The notes under the pieces: model-generated
Told to the model about the DNA's origin: nothing
The model's database searches: none
What the model saw: only the letters and a program-made list of their open reading frames with translations
Translations under genes and position numbers: made by a program
Part shown: positions 25,521 through 38,294 of the stretch, piece after piece
How positions within the stretch are numbered: position 1 is the first letter of the stretch
Layout: each line of letters starts with the position of its first letter
Source: Elsinoe ampelina
Lineage: Eukaryota
Length of the DNA: 64,000 nt
NCBI GenBank assembly: GCA_010093995.1
Contig: ML992506.1
Location: 182,832-246,831 of the forward strand
Reading direction: 5' to 3'

Positions 25521-27011
25521 GATGTTCACTCCGATTCTGCGTTGCTATTCGTCGGGTACCTCTACAATTGTACAGAATTGACATCAAAGTGACATCAAAG
25601 GCGTGTTTGGTTGTTTTCTGCCGACATGCGCGGGGTGCTGAGGTTAAAAAAAAAGTCGAGAGGATTGCTTGTAGCTGAACATGAACATGACAGCGCATAG
25701 ATGCCAATCCTGGAGGGAAATGAAGGAGGAATTGCTACCAGGAAGGTCGAGCCCAAGGATAGGAAGAACGTTGGCAGCGATTGTTATCGACGATTGAAGA
25801 GACGGGCAGGTCGAGTCGCCAGCCGTATCAAAGTTTGGTACGAGCTGCAGCACTAAAGATTGCTCGTTTTGACTGCCGGCGGCGGGGCTGTCCTAGTGGC
25901 CCTTTTTGGGTGAAAATGCCATCATGCCCTGTTGGCCATGACTTGGTGTTCCCATGCGTTCCATGATTTTGCCCTCCTGGTTGGCCAAACATTGCCCCGG
26001 AAGCTCCGGAACCTGCCAACTTGGCCATGCTCCACCTAATAACTGGCTATAGGGTTTCTTGCTATACGCAGCCGCCATGGCAAATGACTTGGACGTTGAG
26101 CGTTAGATCTAGGCCAAACAGAGCAATTGCTCACACGAGCACTTTTGCTGGGCGTTATCTCCGCGGGTTATGGTACAATCTTAGCTCACCATGATATGCT
26201 TTTTCGGCAATATCAGCAAATCCTGCGACGGAGTGGTCTATGATGGAGTTCAGATTATTTACCGTCGTAATGTCCACATCGGAAGCTCAACCATTCAGGC
26301 TGATCAAAGAGATCCCCTCACCGTTGTTGAAGCGATCGAGGCTCCTAGAGTGGGGCCGAGGTCTGTTCTGTCAGAAATTTGATGGTTCGTTCCTCCGCTA
26401 AAACTTCTCAACCTCAAAAAGCTGCACCTCGATCATGGTACAAGCCCTGGCCAATCTGTCAATTCCCGACCTGCCATGAACTTTGCTCATCGAATTTGGC
26501 CGTCTCCGTCCGATTAACATTGCTTGCTATAACCAGGCTAAGGTAGCTCTGGTGGAGACGTCAAGGAGCTACGGTCACCTTGAGTTATCGAACATGTCCG
26601 GCTGCGGATCCATGTCAGATCACTGCATGCCACCGCTCCGCCCAGGAATCCAAGCATTTCTTGATACATTTGTCTGTGCTACGGATTTCCGGCACATTAT
26701 CAGCCACTCTATATATTATACATGCAGCTTCATCTGCTGTTCGCGCTAGCTGGAGTGCGCAATCGACGTGGCGGTCTGTCGGTGAAGCTGGTGGTGCTTT
26801 CCTGCACATGCCCAAAAACCAGCTCTGCTCTGGTAGTATTTCGTGCGACAAACTACCACAACCTCTGTGTTGTCCTCTGACCCGGTCTGCTCCTGTTCTC
26901 ATGAGCCTGGTAGTACACTTGCCGTATCCTCAACACTTTGTGTGCCCAGATCGTGACTCGCTCGAGCTACGTATCCATGCTGGTAGTATGTTCTCCAAGC
27001 ATCCTCCCAGC

Positions 27012-27903
27012 TCACTTCTTCATATCTTGACTCATAGCCATGCGCTTGCTGAACGGACTCAAGCTACGCTGACGACCTTGGGCCTTTCCATCTCCAGCTC
27101 CATCGTAACTGTAGGTGCCTCGGCCGTAACCCCTGTCTCTCCCGTTTCTAGACCTCGATCTGGAGTTGGAGAAGTGCGCGCTTCCGGAACCGCGGCGTCT
27201 ACGCCTGCCGCGTTCCTGAGGAGACACCGATCTCATCCTATGCCTGGTATTACGGTCTCCGTATCTTCCGTTCTTGTCCTCGATACCATCCATGCCATCC
27301 TCCGACGGGCTACTAGTCCCGCGAGCACGCTTGATACCACTGGAGCGCCTGGACTCGTCGAAGGCTTCCTTTGCACCAGCTTGAGCGTCGTCGTTGGGTT
27401 TGCTGTTTCGTGCAATCGGAGAGCGCGAGCGGTTGGTGGATATGCTGGAGACGGAATCGGAATCGTCGAATGATTTGGAGCGGTTCCTTTTGCGTGGCAC
27501 CATGTCCTCGTCGCGGTCGATGCTGCGTTTGCGACGACGCTCCTCAGCCTTTTCCGCCAGTATCTTGTCTGCGAGCCCCTTTCTGCACGTTGCTTAGAAC
27601 CTGGCTCTCTTATTGGTATTGTGAATTCTTACTTGTCCACAAGGTGCGCTGGTTCTTCTGGCGCCTGATTCGTGAGCTGGGTTTTGAGGCGTGGGTTCAT
27701 CAATTGCGCGGAGCGTGAGGGACGCGAGGTGTAAGGGCGTTCTTGGACCGCCGACTTGCATTCATAGCTGTAGTGACCTTTGCCGGTGTCAGTGGGCTTG
27801 CTGCGACTATGAGAGGTGGATCCTTCTTACCCTTCTTGAGACACTTCTGGCAGGTTGTGTTTGCGGACGCCTTGGAAGCGCCGCGCGCACTATTATAGCT
27901 CAT
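27012..27903 (-). CDS. Zinc-knuckle (ZCCHC10-like) protein with RS-rich tail (3 exons)
   Basis: CQKCLKKG|HYSYECK...ERPYTSRPSRSAQLMNP after splicing; KGLADKIL; RS/RG-rich tail ending RQRSLSPFSKRMAMSQ. Confidence 0.85.
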
Positions 27904-28108
27904 GTTTCTCTGCAGATACGCTGTCAGTAACGGGAACTACTGGTTGCGAAAGTCTCGCAGCCAGCAGCAGCAGCGACAGGTGATGTTGAGCAGTTGTCGA
28001 ATGATGTAAGGTGAGTCGAATTTCTGATTGGCAAAAATCACTTTGGCAACCTCAGCTTTCAACAAACGGCCGGCCAAAAAGAGGCCGACCCGACCCCGAT
28101 GGAGGGGC

Positions 28109-29743
28109 CAAGGGTCGGTGAATTAGGAGGTTGCCGGGGTAAATTGCTTACTTTTGTATACAACTTCTACCCCCTTATTCTTCAAAAATTCATAACTTTA
28201 CTAACACTCATCCAAATGGCACGAATAAATAGCTAAATTGATTGTTAGACTATGCGCTTTACGTCACTAGAGCGCAGTTTAACAAAAAAGCGATATAAAT
28301 GACAAAATAAGGACTAAGAGCTAGTACGTAAATGGCTAACTTCTACACGCGTGTGTATTAAGACCTTATTCGAGAGCGGCACCTTACGCACTAAGATAAA
28401 AAGGATTACTAACGTGCCTATCTAGACATAGCGCTTATAGACAATCTAGCTAGACTATTAGCCTAGTAAAATACGTAAAGGGCTGTCTAAATTAATTAAC
28501 TTAAGGACCCTCCGCTACATGATCTACTACGTTACTAAATCCTTTAAGGATTGCTAAACTACGTAGGTATAGCTTACTAAACTCTTTATAAATAGAGTTT
28601 ATCCTTGTATAGTAAAGAACGCTATAAACGAAGCTAGATATTACAAGTGTAAGGCTTGTTAGAAGAGCTAGTTACGGCTAGAGAACGTTACTACAAGGGT
28701 GGCCTTTTGCTGTTAGTACTAATACTACTCCTAGAGGTTCTAGAAGTTAGTACGCTTTATAGATAAAGTTTACTTCTTAGTGGATTTACAACGTGTAGCA
28801 CTTGTCATTTAGAACAATTAGGAGCGTAACTACGAGACTTATATCTAGTTTAATAAGAGGTTAAAGGGCAGCTAATTACACTACTAGGCTATAGTTAGTT
28901 ATAGCTATAAGTTAGAGATAGTGTTCTTCGACTCCAACGATAAGTCTAAGAGCACTGCCTTTATCTACAACTATATTAACACCGAAGGAATATTACTAGA
29001 GCTAGTAGTAGAGACAGAGAAAGAGAAGTGCTAGTTACTTAGCGACGTAAGGCCTTTAATATATAAGCACTGCTATTACAATAAAGAGGTATATAAGCAT
29101 GCTTGCTACAAGCTAGATTATTGTCCTTTAAAGGCCGTAGGTAACCTTACTTAGATATAGTACCTTACGAAGATCCTCTACTTTTATATCGAGCTAGCGT
29201 AGCTTAAGGCTAAGGGTAAGTACTATCTCTTTACTCTCCTCGAGGACAATGACGGCAGCTATAGTACTAGATCCAAGAACAACGTTATAGCGAGATATAA
29301 GGCTTATCTAGAGAGGCAGGGTAGCTTTTACTAGTATACTAACTACGCTTAGTTACCTAACTTTAACATTATTAAGAACGTGTAGAGGATCCTTAAATAG
29401 TGTATTAAGAACTACTACTATACTACTATCGAGCAGCTAAAGGAGGCTATTAAGTTTGAATAGGAGCGCATTAGTTAGGACGAGATAAATAAGCTAGTAA
29501 AGACAATACTAGAGTATATAAAGAAGAGCGTAAGGAGAAGAGAGCTATATACACCTTACTAAGCACTACAAATTGGCTAAAAGCATTAAATAATAACACC
29601 TTTTTTCAGCTTCATCTTTTTGAATTAATCAGATTACTTAAATGCTTATGAATCCTAATTATTCACCAAAAAATTGGTGTGAATCCGGGCTCAAAAAGTG
29701 CCAAGAAACGGGGGGCGGCAGTCTCCAAATTCACCGTCCCTTG
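28109..29743 (+). mobile_element. Tc1-like (IS630/Tc1/mariner) DNA transposon, RIP-inactivated, 28-bp imperfect TIRs
   Basis: TIRs CAAGGGTCGGTGAATTAGGAGGTTGCCG (28109-28136) and inverse at 29716-29743 (24/28 match). One frame ~28252-29562 with many TAG/TAA stops reads VRFIDK (FTDE), LLEDNDGS, *LPNFNIIKNV* (SPDFNxIENVW). AT-rich island. Confidence 0.9.
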
Positions 29744-29802
29744 GGCAATGCACGGGCTTCGCGGGGTAACGTGTCCCTGTTCAATTCAACTACATTCTCT
29801 AT

Positions 29803-31654
29803 CTATCCCTGCTTGATTATGATGTCTGAAAAGTCTGCTGGATCCAGCACAGGCTCAGAGTCGCCCGAGGAGTATATTCCGAACATGATCCCACAAAACG
29901 ATCCTCCAACAGGTGGCATTAAGGTAAGCTGAGAGGCCGCAACCTCCACAGCATGCACCAGCGTACCCTCGATGTGTGCCTGAAGCAGGTACGAAGTCGT
30001 CGACGCATGAATAGACAGGTCCAATGTCTTCGAGGCTTGATCTGAGGAGAGGCTTCTAACCTCTCGCTATCAGGTGGTTAGCATCTTTTTTTGTCAAAGA
30101 AGCAGGGACTTACTGCATGCACTCCTGCTTCTCCTGACGGACTTTCGCTTGCGATGACCAACTCGGACGGGTCCATCGTTCCCCTGAGCTTCGTCAAGCC
30201 AATGGTGGCATACGAGAATTGGTTCCACCACAGCACGACTCCAGCTTCGTATCCGGGTCTAGAGGGGCTAAATTGCATCTTTGCGTGGAAAGAATCAGTG
30301 TACTCAGACTGCTTCCTCAGCAGCATCGCAGGTGCTTCCGGACTCGACAGGCCATAGCAATTGCCATACATGCGCAGGTATCCTGGTCTTGCTTCAAGAT
30401 CGTAGCACTGCTTCAGTGGCGTCCCTGAAATCGGAGTCAGCGCTCGGTCCTACCACATATACACCTCACTTGACCTTTCTGATACCACCCCAACTCCAGC
30501 TCACCACCGCTCATATCCGCCCGCCACTTCGCCTCCCCCTTCCGCACCCTCTCAATCTCCTGCCTCACCTCCCCCCTCCCCTCCGTCTCCAACGTCACGT
30601 TCCTTCCCCCATTAAAAACAGGCCAACCATCCCTCCACTCCACCTTGACCAAAAACGTCTCCCTCCCCAATTGCGGCTCCAACCACTTTCCCCCCTCCTT
30701 CACCGGTCTCACCCCAAGGAACACACCCCACCACTCCCCCTCCCCATCCTGAAACACATCCGCGTGCCCGGTCCTCTGCACTTCCTCCTCAGGCCCATTA
30801 TACCACAACCCCTTCCCCTGCCCCTCCCATGGGCCCAATGGTCCATCACGGCTGCGGAACACCCATTCCTGGTGACCAGCCTCGGTCCCCCCTTCCGCGG
30901 TGAAGAGGTAGTACCACCCCTCGCGCTTGATGATGTGGGATCCCTCCGCTACTCCGAAGGGAGACTGGCGAAGGACCACGGGCGGTGTCAGGGTGCGGCC
31001 AGAGGGGAGGTCGATCTCGGAGATGTGGATGGCGAAGTCTTTGAGTTTGCTGGCTGGATCGCGGTCGGCCATGCGGACCGTGGTGGAGAGGTAGACTTTG
31101 TCGTTGTCGTCCCAGAAGAGCTTGGTGGGTCGGTCATGAGCTATGTGGCGGGAAGGGAAGGGGACTCACGTCTTGGTCAAACCCGGGGTTGTCGAAGTAG
31201 ATGGGGTCGGACCAGGTGGTGGAGTCGTAGATGTTGTCGGTGTGGACGTAGAAGCCGCGGGGGAAGATTCGTTCCTGGTAGAGGTCTTAGTCGATGTACT
31301 TGATAATGAGAAGTACGTGGGTTGTGCTACATCTGATGAAGGTCTGTAGCGTTGGAAGACGCCAGTGGTCAGATACCATCGCTTTTCCTTGATGCGGTAG
31401 CGGAGTGTGCTCGCCCAAGCACCTGCTCCTGGCTCTACCGTTCGCAGCTCAATCTGGCTACGGCGAGTGAGTGCATGGCCGATCAGTCGCCAGTTGATCA
31501 AATCTGTAGACGAGTAGATAGGACAGCCGGGAAAGTACTCGAACGTGGAAGTGGAGAGGAAATAGGTCGTGGGTGTGTCACCGCCGTCTCCGGGCACTAC
31601 ACAGACTGTGGGATCTGGGTTGAAGCCCCTGATGACAGGGTTTTTGAATGACAT
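29803..31654 (-). CDS. GH43 beta-xylosidase/arabinofuranosidase, intracellular (multi-exon)
   Basis: NPVIRGFNPDPTVC, STFEYFPG, GAWASTLRY, GFDQD|LFWD, AEGSHI..WYYLFTAEGGT, GHAD, LGRETFL, C-terminal beta-sandwich YEAGVVLWWNQ; no signal peptide. Confidence 0.9.
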
Positions 31655-32007
31655 CGTAGGCTTGACAGGGATACAGCCGACTTAGAGGCGCCATGTTGAA
31701 ATACTTCACGTGCATGAATGAGACAAGGTTGAGTTTCTCCGCCGGAGAAATGCCATGTTTGGGACGATCTTCCTCTACGTGAATATCGTGTGAGGATATA
31801 AGCAATCAATCTGAGCACTGACAGTGAGAACAGCGTACTTGGGAGTGTCAAAATTGAACATGATAGAATGTAGAGTCAAGATTTTGTTGCCACATGTGGC
31901 TACCACCGCTGAGGTAGCACTACTACGCAAGTATGTTCCTGAAGAAAATATACAATGAATCTGAACAACCATTTTGAACGACCATTACGATGCTCACCTG
32001 TTTCAGT

Positions 32008-33217
32008 ATGTGCTGTCCCACCACGTTGCACTGTTTTGCGCGTCCCTGCTTACCGTTGGGGTCGCTGATGCTCAGCCTCTATCCGATTCAGCAACTCCAC
32101 GCAAGCTAGAAAAGCGTGCCACTTGCACAGTCTCCTCTGATGGAACAGCCTCATTCGACGATGGCCCAGCTATAGCCAAAGCAGTCAAATACTGTGGCAA
32201 CGGTGGTGTCATCGTTCTCTCTGCTGGTACTCAATACATGCTCAGGTCGCCACTCGACTTGACCAGATGTTCAGGCTGCGACGTTCAGCTCGAAGGTACT
32301 ATCAAGGCTTCTGACGACGTTGCATGTTGGAATGGAAAGGAATTCATGATTCGCATCAACGGCTGGTCGAATGGCAAGTTTCGTAGTCTGGCAATGGGCA
32401 AGCAGCATGGGACGCATTTGCCAAGGACACGACTATCAAAAGACCTACCCTGGTAGTCATTACTGGTGCTAGTAACACCGTCATGGACAAAGTACAAGTC
32501 AAGAATTCACAGAATGTCTTCTTCACTGTTCAAGGCAAAAGTACCGGCATCACCCTTTCCAACCTCGATCTCAAAGCTATCAGCAGGTCAAGCGCTCCCC
32601 CAAAGAACACCGACGGCTCCGACATTGGTCTCTCCTCTTGGGTGACTTTGTCAAACACCAAAGTGCTAAACGGTGATGATTGCGTTGCTTTCAAGCCTGG
32701 TAGCAATTACGTCCACGTCAAGGCATCACCTGCACCGGCCCTCATGGCGTCTCCGTCGGCTCACTTGGAAAGGCTTCTGGATCGACAGACTCTGTTACCA
32801 ACGACCTTGTGGGGAGCGCCGTGATGATCAAGTCGACAAAAGCAGCAGGCATCAAAGTGTACCGTGGTGGTAGCAGCCACGGCTCATCCATCGTGCGTAA
32901 CGTCACCTGGGATGGAGTAAATGTGCAGAACAGCGACTACGCTTTCACGATAGAACCATGGTATGACGGAACCGCGGCATACTGCAAGGCCAATGGAGCC
33001 TCGAGCACAATCTCGGGAATCTACGTGAAAAACTGCAAGGGTACAACATCAAAGAAGTGCGCTCCCACAACCGGTGAGGTGTTCTGCCCAGTCAAGGGGT
33101 TAGCATGCGACGTTCACGTCAAGTGGGTGGAATGTCCAAGCCACTGGAGCAGCAGGAAAGGTCCTCTGCAATAACATTGACGAAACCACATTGGGACAAG
33201 CATGCACGCGTCTCTAA
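32008..33217 (+). pseudogene. GH28 polygalacturonase-like pseudogene
   Basis: Signal peptide and KR pro-site, DDGPAI..CGNGG, GNGQAAWD, NTDGSD, NGDDCVAFK and GITCTGPHGVSVGSLG lie in different frames (shifts near 32390 and 32720) with no intron signals and apparent small deletions. Start approximate. Confidence 0.75.
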
Positions 33218-33306
33218 CCCATTTTGATGATAATAGCGTTTTCACTTTTCACTTGTCAATATATTATCACATATCAATCCTACATCTTTTCCCTACATGA
33301 TCTCAT

Positions 33307-35573
33307 CTAAGGAAGACCAAGGAACACATCCCTCAATCTCCCATAATCTGCACTACCAAGACCAGAAACTGGATCCCATCCCTGCGTCGCCAGGAAACCA
33401 GGCGTGCCACAACCAGGATTACTACCAGTCGTCACATCGTTGAACGCCTCAGGGTGGGCGTACACAACAGGGTTGACGAAACCAACCGGGCTCTTACCGA
33501 GGGCGATTCTGTCCTCGTTGATCCTAACCAGGATGGAAGCGAAAAGCGGCGCCGAAGCGGATGTACCGCCGATGAGGAGCGGGCGAAGATTGCCAACGAT
33601 AGCGACTGCGAGTGTCAGCACACAGCCCCTAATCGCTTGATGCCCTAGATGGAAATGGAAGAAGACTCACTCTTATCCCCCAACCCAGCAACATCCGGAT
33701 ACCCTCTGCCAGCACGGTTGTAGATCCCCCCATCCTCGTTGAAACTCGAATTATCCACGCTCTCATAGAAGGGGTAATCGACGAGGTTCTTCGCAAAGTA
33801 CCCCTCCACAGCCTCGATCTGCCACGTAGCCTGCTCCTCACGGCCGTAGATATTGGAGAAACCTCCTCCTGAACCGAATCGGGTGGTCGGGACCTCGTTG
33901 CCGGGGACGAAGGCGGTGCCGTTCTGGATGACGGTGGAGCCGACGGCGGTGACTGCTCACGTCAGCCAATTCCCTCTGCCGAAAGCCCCCGCAGGCGCAG
34001 GAGAGGGCAAAGGGGGGAGAAGGGGAAGGGAAGCAAGAAACTCACTATAAGGACAAGTCGCCGGGAACTGCGGCGCGAACACATCCTGGTTCTCTCCCAG
34101 ACAATTACTCGGCGTCGGATCACCTCCCCTTCCCTCGACGCCAGAGTCACCGGACGAATTGATCACCGAGATGCCCCTCAGTCCCAACTTCATGATCTCG
34201 TCGCACTGTCTCCGCTGGTAACTAATCGGCAGATCCGCCTCGGCGCCGCCGTAGCTGATCGAGATGACGTTGGTGGGCTCGTACACCCCGCACTGCAACT
34301 CGCCTTTGTATGCGCCCGTCGCGTTGCTGGGGTTGGGGTAGGGTGGGTCGAGAGGGGAGTTGCCCGTCTCTCCGTAGGCGGAAAAGGAGCAGTAGCTGCC
34401 GTCGATGGCGTCGAAGAAGTTGTTCAAGAAGCCGTTGAAGATGTAGTTGTTCTCGTAGACTGGGTCGTCGGTCTGGAAGAGGACAGAGTTCTGGGGGTTG
34501 ATGATCGGGTAGGAGATCTGGAAGTCGAGGGCGGATTCGAGGCCTGCTTGGGCTGGGGGGACAGGGGCGACGGCGCCGTCGATGAGGCGGAGGATGGGAG
34601 AGGTGCCGTTGGGGAGTTCGGGGTAGTAGAGTGTGAAGAAGGCGTCGAGGTCTTCCTGGCTGTAGACGTCGCCGAGGTCTTCGAAGATGCCGAGCTCGTT
34701 GCCAGGTGTGGCGGTGGTGCCGGCGGTGAAGTTGTAGAGGGAGGCGATGCAGGCGGGGGTCACGATGGAGCTGCATTTGGAGAGGTCGTCGGTGGCGGCG
34801 AGGGATTTGAAGCGGCCGGTGGGGATGGAGGCGGGCATGGGCATGGTAAGAGGGGGGCGGGAGAAGCGTACGTTGCCCACGCCGCGCTTTCGGAGGAGGC
34901 TGGTAGGCGCGGGAAGGCCGGAGTGCTGAGTAAGTTTGATGCCGGGGGTGATGTAGTCGATGTGGGCTTGCACGTCCTTTGGCACGTGGTATCTGTTCCT
35001 TGTCAGCACCTCGATATTCATTTCTTGTTCAGATTGGAATGCTTACTCGTCACAAGCAATGTTTGTCTTGCCGGATGCGGCATGCTGGTAGGCATGGTAT
35101 TCGGTCTTGAGCAGCTTCTCGGCCTCTTCGGTCTTTGCATCAAACTGGATCCACTGCTTGTTGGCTGATTGGCCGATCCTCTCTGCAGAGATACCGGCTG
35201 ATACCAGCCATGAGCGGACAGCGTCCACAGTTTCGGCTGAAGGTGCGAAGAAATCGGTGACCTCTTCTGCGGTCCAGTGCTTGCCGTACTGTGCAGAACC
35301 GTGGTGCGCTCTATCAAAGGGTCAGCGCCGTTTCACTCGATCGCTTCTGGGCAAGACTTACACTTCCATCAGCTTCGAGTGTCCCTGGTCCAGATTTGAC
35401 TGTGTCAGCCCAATTCTCATGGGCAGAATGGTCCGCTTGTCGAGTCTGTCAATCTTGTTCCATGCCATTGGCGACGTTTCCCGACGCTCGTGCACGACAT
35501 GTCCTGACGGCGCAGGTGCGGCCAGCGCAGAGCCGATGGCTGCTGTGAGTAAAGCGACCTCCTTGAACAGCAT
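33307..35573 (-). CDS. Secreted S53 sedolisin (tripeptidyl peptidase/aorsin-like) with propeptide (multi-exon)
   Basis: Signal peptide, HVVHERR, LPMRIGLTQSNL pro-domain, HIDYITPG, ESALD, VISISYG, SSGDSG, FPATCPY, GSGGGFSN, RGYPDV, GGTSASAP, GWDPVSGLG. Confidence 0.92.
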
Positions 35574-36476
35574 CTTGACACGGGGATTCTAGGGTATGGC
35601 AGAGTGTGGAAGAGGACACGGAATCGGTCGCCTTCTTAGACTTACCTCTTATCCCAGCATGACGGGCAACGACGGCACGAAAGGAAACATGACGATTGCT
35701 CATGAACGACCTACCAGGGAAGGTGGATGATCGCACTGGCGTGTCAAAGCCGCTAAACGAGGTAGAGAGATTGGTTGATCTTGAAATTGAAAGGGCGATT
35801 GTTGAACTGTGGGGTGGAAGATCAAGCTCACCAAGAGAAAACAAGAGAAAACAAGCCTCAGATCGGCGTTCATGGCACGATCTCCTTCCCTTCATGGTCA
35901 AGACTTGTGGTTTGTCACTATCAAAGCTTTGAGTGAAAAGGCTTGATGGTTGATCGAAGGAAGGCCTGTGATGCTTGCATCTCTTTGTGTGTTGCCGGCA
36001 TCCGCGATAGATGATAGATGGGTCGGACACCGATGTGCGTGGTATCGTCAGGGACATGATAATGCTTATCAGTAGAGATTACACAAATGGGTAAGCTTGA
36101 TGTTGAGAATGACAATGTTAAAGAGTGGCTCCCTGTCATGACAGATGAGATCTGTTCACGAAGGACCGTTCGATGAAACTTCGTTCCTGACAGGGATCCA
36201 TGGTGGTGAACCCTGCTGTTCTCGCACTTTTCGCCGGACCCCTCGCAAACATCCATAAGCTTTTGTTTCCCCTCTTCGCTTGCGACCCCAGCTCATCTCG
36301 TCATTAGGGCAGTGGCACCAAAGACGCTGTTCGTGTGGAACAATTCAAACAGTGTTTGATTGGCGGAATCACAACATCCGCGTGAAACTGTGCACACCTG
36401 ACCATGTATCCTCAGTGTAATGGCTTCAAAGTATGTAAGTCCAGCATGGTACGCTCTACAGGTTGGTATGATCAAA

Positions 36477-38047
36477 ATGTTGCTCACTCGACTTGCTCTC
36501 ATCATCGCCGGCGTCACTGCTGCTGTTCCGCAGCGACCAGTCCTGACGGTGGGTCCAAAGACCTTGGCTACTCCTTTCCCTGCTAGTCCCGCCAGAAATG
36601 CTAGCAAAGTGTGTACAGTCGCTGCCAGTAGCACAGATGCATCTCCAAGCATTCTCCAAGCGGCACAAGCATGCAACAATGGAGGGACTGTAGTCTTTCC
36701 AGCTGGTCAGACCTTCGTCATTGGTAGCCCATTAGACTTGACTTTTCTCAAGCATGTCGACATTTTCATCCTCGGGACTGTGGCACTCAAGGACGATCCT
36801 GCCTATTGGAAAAGTCATCTCTTTGTGTATGCATTCCAGGATTCAAGGCTGGCGTGGCGTTTCGGAGGAGAGGATGTAAACATCTACGGACTAGGTCAAG
36901 GGACCATTGACGGTCGGTGATTCCTTTGAGGGTGTGACAGTCTGCTGACATTTTCAAGGACGAGGGCAGACTTGGTGGACTGCATGGCATGCTGATTCGT
37001 CCATCCTGCGCCCTCACCTGTTTGGCACCGATGGCTTAAAAGGGGGCTCAATTTCCGGCCTCAAGATGATCAACTCGCCGAATTGGTTCAACTTGATTGC
37101 CAACTCGAGCGACGTCCTGATTACGGGGATGAACTTGAATGTCGTTTCGGATCCAGCTTCTCCAGCAAAGGTATGTACGTTCGGAACTTTGACGAAGAGG
37201 GGCTGACTCCATTGAAGAATACTGACGGCTGGGACACCTACCGCAGCTCAAATATCGTCATCCAGGACTCGGTCATCAATAACACAGACGGTCAGACCAC
37301 AGCTGGTTGACGGCCCGCAAATGCTGACTTGCCTCAGACTGTATCTCGTTCAAGCCCAACTCAACCCAGATCATCATTCAAAATTTGAAATGCAATGGTT
37401 CGCACGGCATCTCGGTCGGAAGCCTGGGACAGTACCTTGGTCAGACAGACATCGTCCAGGACGTCTATGTTTATAACACTACCATGAGCAATGCTTCTGA
37501 CGGCGCGCGCATCAAAGTCTGGCCTGGCGCTGCCCCAGGATCAGATGGCAAGAGCGGCGGCGGCCTGGGCAGAGTCCAGAATGTGACCTACGATACCTTC
37601 AGTGTCTCGAATGTTGATTGTAAGTCGCTGTTATGCAGCCAAAATATCGTTGCTGACGGTCACTCAGACGCAATTGAGCTAACCCAATGCTACTCGGCAA
37701 AGAGTCAGTCACTCTGCCAGCAGTATCCCGTGAGTCACTAGTATCTGTCCATGAGCTTTGACATGCTGACAGTCTGGTAGGCCTCCTTGATCATCGAGGA
37801 TATCGTGTTCAAGAACTTTTCGGGCACCACTTCGGCCAAGTACGACCCAATTTCAGGATCTTTGGTTTGCAGCAGTGCTAATGTAAGTGACAACCTTACC
37901 TTTAAGTCGTCAGCACATTCATCTAATGATCAGGTCTGCATGAACATCCGAGGACAGAATATCAACGTGAAGCCGAGGAGTGGCAAGACGGCAAAGTGGA
38001 CGTGCACTAACATAGACAAGAGTCTGATAGGTGTTGCTTGTGCGTAG
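36477..38047 (+). CDS. Secreted GH28 exo-polygalacturonase-like enzyme (multi-exon)
   Basis: Signal peptide, [65 protein letters not shown]; canonical introns; stop 38045-38047. Start may be 36468. Confidence 0.9.
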
Positions 38048-38294
38048 ACATTGAGATCGATAGCTTGTAACAACATTGTTTCTTCCAAACAATGAAGGAG
38101 GACTCATCATGGAAGCTGTCGACCGAGGCGGCATCAATTATATTAGGGGACGACCGTAGGGTTAGGGTTTCACATAGAATCCAAAAATTTCCATCTTCAG
38201 AATCCCCAATTTGCCCGCAACAACTAGACATGTCTTGGTAGTTCTAAGCTCGATCAGTCCCTGGAGATCAACGTACGGGAGTGACTCGTCCGAC

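Noticed and set aside
26100..26950. Possible degraded gene (QIIYRRNVH...) between the SPX and zinc-knuckle genes
   Set aside because: Only short ORFs; no family or splice model I can support.
13092..27903. SPF45, R3H, PPR, cwf18 and zinc-knuckle genes as an RNA-processing cluster
   Set aside because: Common housekeeping classes acting in different compartments; adjacency alone is not evidence.
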